This document shows, one piece after another, positions 1 to 6,875 of a DNA stretch of 41,105 nucleotides. The notes beneath the pieces are model-generated. The model saw only the letters and a list, made by a program, of their open reading frames with translations, was not told the DNA's origin and did no database searches. Each line of letters opens with the position of its first letter. Within the stretch, counting starts at the first letter, position 1. A program made the position numbers and the translations under genes. Source of the stretch: Minisyncoccota bacterium (GTDB lineage: Bacteria; Patescibacteriota; Minisyncoccia; Phycocordibacterales; UBA2100); the NCBI GenBank assembly GCA_035708165.1, contig DASSSZ010000002.1, positions 1 to 41,105 on the forward strand, in the 5' to 3' direction.

Positions 1-1965
1 GGCGGCGAGGTTGGTGATGAAGCTGTTCGTCGCACGGGCAGGAGTGAAGTAGAGGTTCGATCCTTCAGCGAGGTTGGTCGTGGACTTCGTGCCGAGCCAG
101 AAGTCCGCGGAGGTGGTCGAGAAGCCGGAGACGTTCTGCTGCGTGAGCCAGTAATCGGCAGAGGTCGTGCTGTAGAAATATCCCTTGTCGAGCGAATTGA
201 GATACGTCTGCACGCGCGCGTCCGTGAAGTACTTATTGGCAGCGCCTTCGGCGAGGGCGTCGGTAGTAGTGGCATACCAGGATGCAAGCGGCAGGTACGC
301 CGCAAGCGACGTCGTCGCAAGGTAATCCGTGCCAGCGATCGCGGGGACCACGACCCCATCGGCGTCAGTCTTGAGGATCGCAGAGGGTGCGCTCGTGATC
401 GCGAGGCGCGAGGTCGTGGCACTCGAGGCTACGAGCCCCGTAATATCAGCGACAGACGCCGAGAGCGATCCTATGACGCCTCGCGTGAACGTGCCCACCG
501 ATGCGAAGAGATTGGTCGAAGTCGCGTTCGTGGTCGAGGCATCGACCGCGAAGAATGTAGTCGTAGTCGCATGCGTGCTCGACGCATTCGTGACCGAGAG
601 CACCTGCGTGCTCGTGCTGAACGTGAATGCAGGCGACCCGCCGAAGCTGCCGCCATCATTGAACTGGATCTGCGTCGCTGCGCCGCCCGGGTTCGCTCCG
701 ATGCCGCCTCCTGTCCCGTCGCCGAGAATGCCGAGCGTGGATGTGGCGACCCAGCGCGTCGATGTCCCGGTGGATAGCAGGACATACCCCGCTGTTCCTG
801 CCGAATCAGCGCTATCAAGGAGCGCTCCGCCGAGCCCGAGATTGCCCGTGAGCATCCCGCCGGAAAGCGCCAGGTATTGGCTCGCAGTGATATCGTCCGG
901 GATATCCGCATCCGTAAGGCCCGAGATCGCGCCGGTGAAAGTCACGCCCGAGAGCGTCACACCGCTCAGGTTGTCTATCCGCTGCGAAAGCGCGAGCGCA
1001 TTGCCGAATCCGCCGCTCGCCGGAAGGCTGCCGTTTGCGCTCAAGCCATCCAGCGATTGGCGCAGGCTGCCGATCTGCGACTCGAGATACGCCAGGTCCT
1101 GCGCGCTGGCGCCAGAAGAGGTCGCGGCGACGGTATAGCTATTGTTGTAGGTTTTGTACTCGTTCTTGGTGGTGTTGTTGTACGTGTTGTACACGTTGGT
1201 CACCGATGTGGTCGCGGCGGCAGGGGCGCTGGCAGGCACATTGGCCGCAAGGATTCCCGAAGCGGCAGGAACGACAGCGCGAGAAGCGGCAGGCTCCTGC
1301 TCCGCGAGCGCCGGCAAGCCGCGCATGACACGCAGCTCCTCGCCAAGGACAGGCACATGATCGAATGCGCCGCCGAACGCGAGCGCCGTGCCGCTCCCGA
1401 CTGTCAGGATCGCGCAGAGCGCCACGAGCGCAGGTGCGAGCCAGGGAGTAGTGCGCGCATGCTCGTGATATTCCTGCTGCCGTGCCAGCGAGAGCGCCAT
1501 CGCTGTCTCTACCTGCTGCTGGTGCTGCCGCTCGAAGAACGCTTCGAGCACGGGCACTCCCACGTACCAGGTGCGCCCGACCTGCTTGCCGGCGATCTTT
1601 CCTTCGCGACACAGGCGCGAGATGTAATCGTTCGTCACGCCGAAGCGCTGTGCTGCCTGCTGCGCAGAGAGCATGGACTGGCTTGCGAGATACTCCTCGC
1701 GCCGCATCTTCGCGAGCTCTTGGGCGCGTCGCTCCTGCTCATCATGCACGGAGGAGAGATACGATGCGAGCGATTGCTCATTCACGCACCATGTGCGGCC
1801 GTCGAGCACGCCGTCGACTTTGCCTTCGCGACACAGGCGCGCGATGTAATCGTTCGTGATGCCGAAGCGCCTTCCCGCTTCGGTCGAGGCGATGAGCGTG
1901 CTCGTCGCAGGCGGAATCTCTTCTGGCGAATTGCCTAGAGTTTCATTAGGTAGTTCGCCATTCAT
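1..1965 (-). CDS. Large membrane-anchored surface protein, 5' part (open at left edge): 2 tandem HTH_17/excisionase-like domains, TM helix, tail-fibre/adhesin-like repeats
   Basis: Hand translation of the minus frame is stop-free from the ATG at 1965 to base 1. It contains FGITNDYIARLCREGKVDG..GRTWCV and FGVTNDYISRLCREGKIAGKQVGRTWYV, a hydrophobic WLAPALVALCAILTVGSGTALAF segment, then YLALSGGMLTG, PGGAATQIQFNDGGSFGG and TTNLAEGSNLYFT-type repeats. TAAAAT -10 lies 9 nt upstream. Confidence 0.9.
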   Translation of the reverse strand, partial: MNGELPNETLGNSPEEIPPATSTLIASTEAGRRFGITNDYIARLCREGKVDGVLDGRTWCVNEQSLASYLSSVHDEQERRAQELAKMRREEYLASQSMLSAQQAAQRFGVTNDYISRLCREGKIAGKQVGRTWYVGVPVLEAFFERQHQQQVETAMALSLARQQEYHEHARTTPWLAPALVALCAILTVGSGTALAFGGAFDHVPVLGEELRVMRGLPALAEQEPAASRAVVPAASGILAANVPASAPAAATTSVTNVYNTYNNTTKNEYKTYNNSYTVAATSSGASAQDLAYLESQIGSLRQSLDGLSANGSLPASGGFGNALALSQRIDNLSGVTLSGVTFTGAISGLTDADIPDDITASQYLALSGGMLTGNLGLGGALLDSADSAGTAGYVLLSTGTSTRWVATSTLGILGDGTGGGIGANPGGAATQIQFNDGGSFGGSPAFTFSTSTQVLSVTNASSTHATTTTFFAVDASTTNATSTNLFASVGTFTRGVIGSLSASVADITGLVASSATTSRLAITSAPSAILKTDADGVVVPAIAGTDYLATTSLAAYLPLASWYATTTDALAEGAANKYFTDARVQTYLNSLDKGYFYSTTSADYWLTQQNVSGFSTTSADFWLGTKSTTNLAEGSNLYFTPARATNSFITNLAA
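1601..1870. repeat. 48-bp direct repeat (1601-1648 / 1823-1870) encoding the cores of the two HTH domains
   Basis: ccttcgcgacacaggcgcg(a/c)gatgtaatcgttcgt(c/g)a(c/t)gccgaagcgc; 3 mismatches, 222 bp apart (in frame). Confidence 0.9.
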
Positions 1966-2294
1966 CGTGATTCAATTTTATCGCTCAACTGCGCTCAAAA
2001 TGGCCCCATGCAAATGAGAATGGGGATAAGAAGAATATGCATGGAAACGCATGCGATCCGATCAGCAAAAGGGGATCGATACCCTCGCGAGCGTCATCCG
2101 TCGCTCACGTCCAGCCATCCTCCGGCCACTGATTTGAAGCACTGCAGGGGAGAGCCTATGGGGCATTCTCCGCCCAGGCGTATCCGGGAATACGGCGCAG
2201 CAAGCCGCGGTCGCAGGCGACACGGCGTCTCGGTCACTTCGACCATCATCATTTCCATCCCGCTTAGGCGAGATGCCGAGATTCCTTGTTTTTC

Positions 2295-2348
2295 AATCCG
2301 AGATTCCGAGATTATCGCTGTATATAAGTCATCTCGGAATCTCGGATT
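2295..2348. repeat. Perfect 18-bp inverted repeat with 18-nt AT-rich spacer (operator-like)
   Basis: aatccgagattccgagat (2295-2312) / atctcggaatctcggatt (2331-2348). Confidence 0.85.
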
Positions 2349-2350
2349 AT

Positions 2351-2380
2351 GAAAAACCCCGGGGTGTACCGGGGATTTTC
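2351..2380 (-). terminator. Intrinsic terminator of secA
   Basis: ccccgg/ccgggg stem with a U-run on the minus strand, 17 nt after the secA stop. Confidence 0.75.
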
Positions 2381-2396
2381 TGATGAGGGTGAATCG

Positions 2397-4925
2397 CTAC
2401 TCGACGATCCGCCAGCCTTGCGCGAGCATCAGCTCCGCCTTCTTGTACTTCACCGTCTGGGACTCTGAGCCGTTGGTGATGGTGACGCGATCGTTGCGAT
2501 CATGCTTCTTGGCGTGTGCGGCCGCCTGGCTCCCCTGCCCCTCCTTGGTGAGCTCGAGCGCGGCTGCGTGCACCTCTGAGAGCTGGGCCTGCTCGACTGG
2601 GGCCTGCTGGGCAGCCGGCTGGACTGAAGCCAGCTGCGTGATGAGGCGTACCACATCCTCGGCATAGGAAGCCTCGAGCTCCTGGAAGAGGCGGAGACCC
2701 TCCTTCTTGTACTCCACCAAAGGGTCGCGCTGCCCGTATGCGCGCAGGGAAACGCTGTTGCGGAGATAATCCATGGTCTCGAGCTGGTCCACCCAGAGCA
2801 TGTCGATCGTCTGGAGCATCAGGCGGCGGACGATTGCATAGTACGCGACCTCGCCGAGCTCCTGCTTCTTCTTCGCGAAGGCGGCGTGCGCTTCCTCATC
2901 GCCGTCGGCGATGCGCAGGAGCTCCTGGTCGATCGCCTCATTGCTCCCGAGCAGGAGCTCGCGTCGCCGCGCGTAGATGGTCTGGCGCTGCACGTTCAGC
3001 ACGTCGTCGTACGCGAGGACCTGCTTGCGGCCATCGAAGTGGAATTCCTCGATCTTGGTCTGCGCCTTCTCGAGCGAGCGGGTGATGATACGATTCTGGA
3101 TCGGCTCATCCTCCGGGATGCGGAAGGTCCCCATCAGGCTCTTGATCGTGTCCGCGGCGAAGACGCGCATGAGCGGGTCCTCGAGCGAGACGAAGAACTG
3201 GGTCTCCCCCGGGTCGCCCTGGCGGCCGGCACGGCCGCGGAGCTGATTGTCGATGCGTCGCGCCTCATGCCGCTCGGTGCCAAGCACGAAAAGGCCGCCG
3301 TTCTCCCGCACTTCCCGCTCGGCCTCGGGCGAGCCGGGATTGCCGCCGAGCTTGATGTCCACTCCGCGCCCGGCCATGTTGGTCGCGATCGTGACAGCGC
3401 CCGGGGCGCCGGCTTGGGCCACGATCTCCCCTTCCCGCTCGTGATTCTTCGCATTGAGGATCTCGTGCGGGATGCCTGCCTGCCGGAAGTGCGCGGAAAG
3501 GAGCTCGTTCTTCTCCACCGAGACGGTGCCGACGAGGACCGGCTGCCCTTTCTCATGGAGCTGCTTCACCTTCGCGCTGATCGCCTGGAACTTCCCCTTC
3601 TCCGTCTGGAAGATGAGGTCGTCGTGGTCGATGCGCGCGATCGGCTTGTTCGTGGGGATGGCGACGGTCGTGAGGCCATAGACCTTGTAGAACTCCTCGT
3701 TCGAGGTCACGGCGGTTCCGGTCATGCCGGCGAGCTTGTCGTAGAGGCGGAAGAAGTTCTGGAACGTGATGGATGCCATCGTGCGGCTCTCGCGCTGGAT
3801 GGGTACGCCCTCCTTCGCCTCGATCGCCTGGTGCAGCCCCTCGCTCCAGCGGCGGCCCGGCTGGAGGCGGCCCGTGAACTCGTCCACGATCACCACTTCC
3901 CCATCGCGCACTACGTAGTCGCGATCGCGCTCGTAGAGCGCCTCGGCCTGGACCGCCTTCTCGAGATGATGGACGTACTTGATGCCCTTATCCGTATAGA
4001 TATTTTCGAGGTTGAGCGCGCGCTCCGCCTTCTCGATGCCTGAATCCGAGATCTCGATCTGCTTGCGCTTCTCATCCACCTCGTAGTCCTCGCCGCGCGT
4101 GAGCGACTTGGCGATCGGGACGAACTGCTGATAGAGCGCTTCCGCCTCGGCGACCGGTGCCGAGATGATAAGCGGCGTACGAGCCTCGTCGATGAGGATC
4201 GAGTCGATCTCGTCCACGATGGCATAGGCATGCGCGCGCTGGCGGAGCATGGCCGGGTCGTACTCGAGGCTGTCGCGCAGATAGTCGAAGCCGTACTCGT
4301 TATTCGTGCCGTATGTGATATCGGCCGCATACGCTTCGCGGCGCTCGCAGGTGCGCAGGAAATCGTGCTCCACCTTGAAGGAACCGAGCTCATCGCGCTC
4401 CTGGTCATCTTCCGGCGTCGCCGTCTCGGCATCATAGAGGAACGAGACCTCGTGGTTGAGGACGCCGACCGTAAGCCCCAGGGCGTCATAGACCTGGCCC
4501 ATCCATGCCGCATCGCGGCGGGAGAGGTAATCGTTCACCGTGACTACGTGCACGCCCTTGCCCGCAAGCGCATTCAGATAGACCGGCAGCGTGGCCACCA
4601 GGGTCTTGCCCTCGCCCGTGCGCATCTCGGCGATGTTGCCCCAGTGCATGATGATGCCGCCCACGAGCTGGACATCGAAATGGCGCAGGCCGAGCGTGCG
4701 CTGGGCAGCCTCCCGGACGGCCGCGAACGCCTCGGGCAGGAGGTCGTCGAGCGTCTCGCCTGCCGCGAGGCGCTCCCGGAACCGGGCGCTGATGCCTGCG
4801 AGGTCGGCGTCCGTAAAGGCCCGGAACTCCTCCTCCCGGGCGTTGATCGCGGCGACGAGCGGCTCCGTCTTGCGCAGGAGCGCTGCCTGCTCATCGGTAC
4901 CCATCAGGCGTGAAAATAAGGCCAT
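2397..4925 (-). CDS. secA: Preprotein translocase ATPase SecA
   Basis: AEMRTGEGKT Walker A, VHVVTVNDYL, AIVDEIDSILIDEARTPLIIS, LRGRAGRQGDPG. Start placed at MALFSRL (4925) because TAGAAT lies 8 nt upstream. Confidence 0.97.
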   Translation of the reverse strand: MALFSRLMGTDEQAALLRKTEPLVAAINAREEEFRAFTDADLAGISARFRERLAAGETLDDLLPEAFAAVREAAQRTLGLRHFDVQLVGGIIMHWGNIAEMRTGEGKTLVATLPVYLNALAGKGVHVVTVNDYLSRRDAAWMGQVYDALGLTVGVLNHEVSFLYDAETATPEDDQERDELGSFKVEHDFLRTCERREAYAADITYGTNNEYGFDYLRDSLEYDPAMLRQRAHAYAIVDEIDSILIDEARTPLIISAPVAEAEALYQQFVPIAKSLTRGEDYEVDEKRKQIEISDSGIEKAERALNLENIYTDKGIKYVHHLEKAVQAEALYERDRDYVVRDGEVVIVDEFTGRLQPGRRWSEGLHQAIEAKEGVPIQRESRTMASITFQNFFRLYDKLAGMTGTAVTSNEEFYKVYGLTTVAIPTNKPIARIDHDDLIFQTEKGKFQAISAKVKQLHEKGQPVLVGTVSVEKNELLSAHFRQAGIPHEILNAKNHEREGEIVAQAGAPGAVTIATNMAGRGVDIKLGGNPGSPEAEREVRENGGLFVLGTERHEARRIDNQLRGRAGRQGDPGETQFFVSLEDPLMRVFAADTIKSLMGTFRIPEDEPIQNRIITRSLEKAQTKIEEFHFDGRKQVLAYDDVLNVQRQTIYARRRELLLGSNEAIDQELLRIADGDEEAHAAFAKKKQELGEVAYYAIVRRLMLQTIDMLWVDQLETMDYLRNSVSLRAYGQRDPLVEYKKEGLRLFQELEASYAEDVVRLITQLASVQPAAQQAPVEQAQLSEVHAAALELTKEGQGSQAAAHAKKHDRNDRVTITNGSESQTVKYKKAELMLAQGWRIVE

Positions 4926-4944
4926 GTCAGGCCATTCTAGCAAA

Positions 4945-4977
4945 GGAAACGCCCCGCTGCGAGAGCGGGGCGTTTCC
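4945..4977 (-). terminator. Terminator hairpin after the H1-like gene
   Basis: 14-bp stem ggaaacgccccgct/agcggggcgtttcc. Confidence 0.65.
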
Positions 4978-4990
4978 GAGAAAGACACGA

Positions 4991-5167
4991 CTATTTGCGG
5001 CGACTGCTCTTCTTCGCAGTCTTGCGGTGCGTGGTCTTCTTCGCAGCCTTGCGATGAGTCTTCTTCGCGGCCTTCTTAGCGACCTTGCGATGGGTCGTCT
5101 TCTTCGCGGCTTTGCGATGAGTGGTCTTCTTGGCTGCCTTCTTGGCGTGAGTCTTCTTTGCTGCCAT
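4991..5167 (-). CDS. Small histone H1-like Lys/Ala-rich DNA-binding protein (58 aa)
   Basis: MAAKKTHAKKAAKKTTHRK... built from AAKKTTHRK repeats; 21 Lys, 6 Arg, no acidic residues; followed by its own hairpin. Confidence 0.85.
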   Translation of the reverse strand: MAAKKTHAKKAAKKTTHRKAAKKTTHRKVAKKAAKKTHRKAAKKTTHRKTAKKSSRRK

Positions 5168-5365
5168 ACGTGATGTATTGATACGATGCTGGTAATCGAC
5201 CACGTTCCTCGCATTGTTCGCCGGAACGTTTTCTCAATTATCAAGCACGCGATGCATACGTACAATGCATTCGCGCGAAAACTGTGGAAAACTCTTGCGC
5301 AAAGATATGCATGCATATTCATATTTCTTTCAGAGAGCGCGGGGTACGCATCCTCAGCGCAACGC

Positions 5366-5391
5366 GACGCGCCGCCCGAAGGCGGCGCGTC
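5366..5391. repeat. 11-bp GC hairpin (UUCG loop on the minus strand)
   Basis: gacgcgccgcc-cgaa-ggcggcgcgtc. Confidence 0.7.
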
Positions 5392-5610
5392 TTGCTTTCG
5401 GAGCACGCCGTGGAGGACGGGTGCGAGCTCCAAAGGTGAAGATCGTTTTTGTGAGTGCCGCCGTCCTCCACGCCATGCTCCGGCGGCATATTCAGGATAG
5501 CACACCGAGAGACCAAGCCACCCATTTCCGCCACCCCTCACCCCGCCACCATCTCGTACCCGCCTCGTACCCGCTCCGTACCTATACTCCTATCCCACAC
5601 TGCCATCCAT

Positions 5611-5650
5611 CTATCCCCACATCTGCGCGGCCGCGCAGATGTGGGGATAG
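5611..5650. repeat. Perfect 40-bp palindrome, copy 1 (downstream of the PaaX/Cas2-like gene)
   Basis: ctatccccacatctgcgcgg|ccgcgcagatgtggggatag. Confidence 0.95.
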
Positions 5651-5691
5651 GCAGATAGGACGCTACCAGCAAGAAGCAAGCTTATTGCGGA

Positions 5692-6255
5692 TCAGATGCC
5701 GAAATGTTCCCGCAACGGCTTGTCGCGCTCGATCGACTCTACGATCAAGTACAGGATACTGCCGCTCGTACCAATGTCCGTCTTCAGCAGGCTTACGAAT
5801 TCTTCGCAATCATACGGATATACCCACGCACTATCCTGCAGGCGATAGAAGCCGAAAGCTGCCAATCGGCGACGGAATGCATCGCGCAGCCGGTGCCGAT
5901 TCTCTGGAATATCGAACATAACCATCCGCCACCGGCGATCCCACCGTCGCGGCTTCTTCGTTCCAGCCTCATGCCGTTGCAATTCTCGGCGGCCAGCTTC
6001 AGTTATCTCGATGTGCGTCCTCCCCGCAATAGTTACGAATCTGACCATGCCCTTTTCTGCAAGTCGGCTGGCAACGGACTTAAGGCGGTAAGAGAATTTG
6101 CTCTTGCTCCCCGTAATGCCGCCGAGCAACTGAATGACGTTCGGTGCCGCGGCGGCCAATACGACCAGGCCAGGGACTGCCACTGCCGCAAGCAACGCGC
6201 GCTGCACGTCTCCCCTCCTGCGAGCTGCACGCGCTTGATCTTCCTGCGCACCCAT
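5692..6255 (-). CDS. PaaX-family / Cas2-like domain protein (187 aa; N-terminal wHTH-like region plus Cas2-like ferredoxin domain)
   Basis: RWDRRWRMVMFDIPENRHRLRDAFRRRLAAFGFYRLQDSAWVYPYDC is typical of the PaaX central Cas2-like domain family common in CPR. TATGAT -10 lies 7 nt before the ATG at 6255. Confidence 0.88.
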   Translation of the reverse strand: MGAQEDQARAARRRGDVQRALLAAVAVPGLVVLAAAAPNVIQLLGGITGSKSKFSYRLKSVASRLAEKGMVRFVTIAGRTHIEITEAGRRELQRHEAGTKKPRRWDRRWRMVMFDIPENRHRLRDAFRRRLAAFGFYRLQDSAWVYPYDCEEFVSLLKTDIGTSGSILYLIVESIERDKPLREHFGI

Positions 6256-6262
6256 AGAGGAA

Positions 6263-6268
6263 ATCATA
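6263..6268 (-). promoter_or_regulatory. -10 box (TATGAT) of a leaderless promoter, abutting palindrome copy 2
   Basis: TATGAT-7 nt-ATG. Confidence 0.65.
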
Positions 6269-6269
6269 C

Positions 6270-6307
6270 ATCCCCACATCTGCGCGGCCGCGCAGATATG
6301 GGGATAG
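6270..6307. repeat. Palindrome copy 2 (38 bp, 1 mismatch to copy 1), over the promoter of the PaaX/Cas2-like gene
   Basis: atccccacatctgcgcggccgcgcagatatggggatag. Confidence 0.95.
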
Positions 6308-6418
6308 GTTCGGGGTGCGGGAGGCGGGAGGTGATGCGAGGAGTGGGCGGAGGTGCGAGGAGTGGGCGGCGATGCATAGGGCGGAAAGAGGTGGGTGGAA
6401 TTGGTGGATGCATCTGCC

Positions 6419-6802
6419 GATGCTGCGCATCGGGGAAGGGTGGCAACGTAAACCCACACGTCGCATCGGGCTGGAAAGGCCCGATGCGCTCGCGGGCCTG
6501 CCTCAGCAGCCTGGCTGCATGCGCTTCGCGCATAGTCAGGAACTCCGGCCTCCGGCAGTCCTATGTTTTTGTCCTCCTGCTGATGCTGCGCATCGGGGAA
6601 GGGTGGCAATGTAAACCCACACGTCGGCTCGCTACGCTCGCCGCGTCTGGGCGCGCCTCGCCGCCCGAATCGCAGCCGGGCCATAGGCCCGCGCGATTCG
6701 GGGCCCGGCTCCGGCGGTTTTGCATTGCCGCCTCCGGCCCGAAGCTACGCTTCGGGTGAGGAGCGGCAACGTAAAACCCCGCCGGGGCGGGGTGTTACGT
6801 TG
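6419..6802. repeat. Array with ~160-nt period: two 45-bp direct repeats plus a third partial copy, with hairpin-rich spacers
   Basis: gatgctgcgcatcggggaagggtggcaa(c/t)gtaaacccacacgtcg at 6419-6463 and 6582-6626. The core ggcaacgtaaa(a)ccc recurs at 6765, overlapping a 17-bp hairpin (6767-6802). Confidence 0.85.
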
Positions 6803-6875
6803 ATCTTCCTTTGGAGAGCGCGCACATCGCACTCACAGGGATAGCATAACGCCTCCCCTACTCTCCCGCAAGGCA

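Noticed and set aside
329-1938. Plus-strand ORFs 329-1138 and 877-1938
   Set aside because: Antisense shadows of the real minus-strand surface-protein gene; no motifs
2094-2258. 54-aa minus-strand ORF (MEMMMVEV...) in the secA-HTH intergenic region
   Set aside because: No recognisable motif, no -10 or SD at the expected distance; cannot be supported
1966-2290. Possible RNase P, tmRNA or SRP RNA
   Set aside because: The hallmark motifs (GAGGAAAGUCC, tRNA-like ends, SRP loop) were not found on either strand
5283-5291. DnaA-box-like TGTGGAAAA (and GGTGGATAA near 30519)
   Set aside because: Single isolated boxes with no cluster or DUE and no dnaA nearby; not called oriC
6256-6684. N-terminal extension of the 330-aa ORF call
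   Set aside because: It runs through the palindrome and repeats with low-complexity translation; the -10 box supports the start at 6255
5692-6802. Canonical CRISPR-Cas locus
   Set aside because: Only 2-3 repeats of 45 bp with ~118-nt structured spacers; no cas1 or effector; the protein is the PaaX-type Cas2-like family
6765-6805. Integron attC site (AAC...GTT hairpin)
   Set aside because: Does not fit RYYYAAC/GTTRRRY, lacks the extrahelical-base pattern, and there is no integrase
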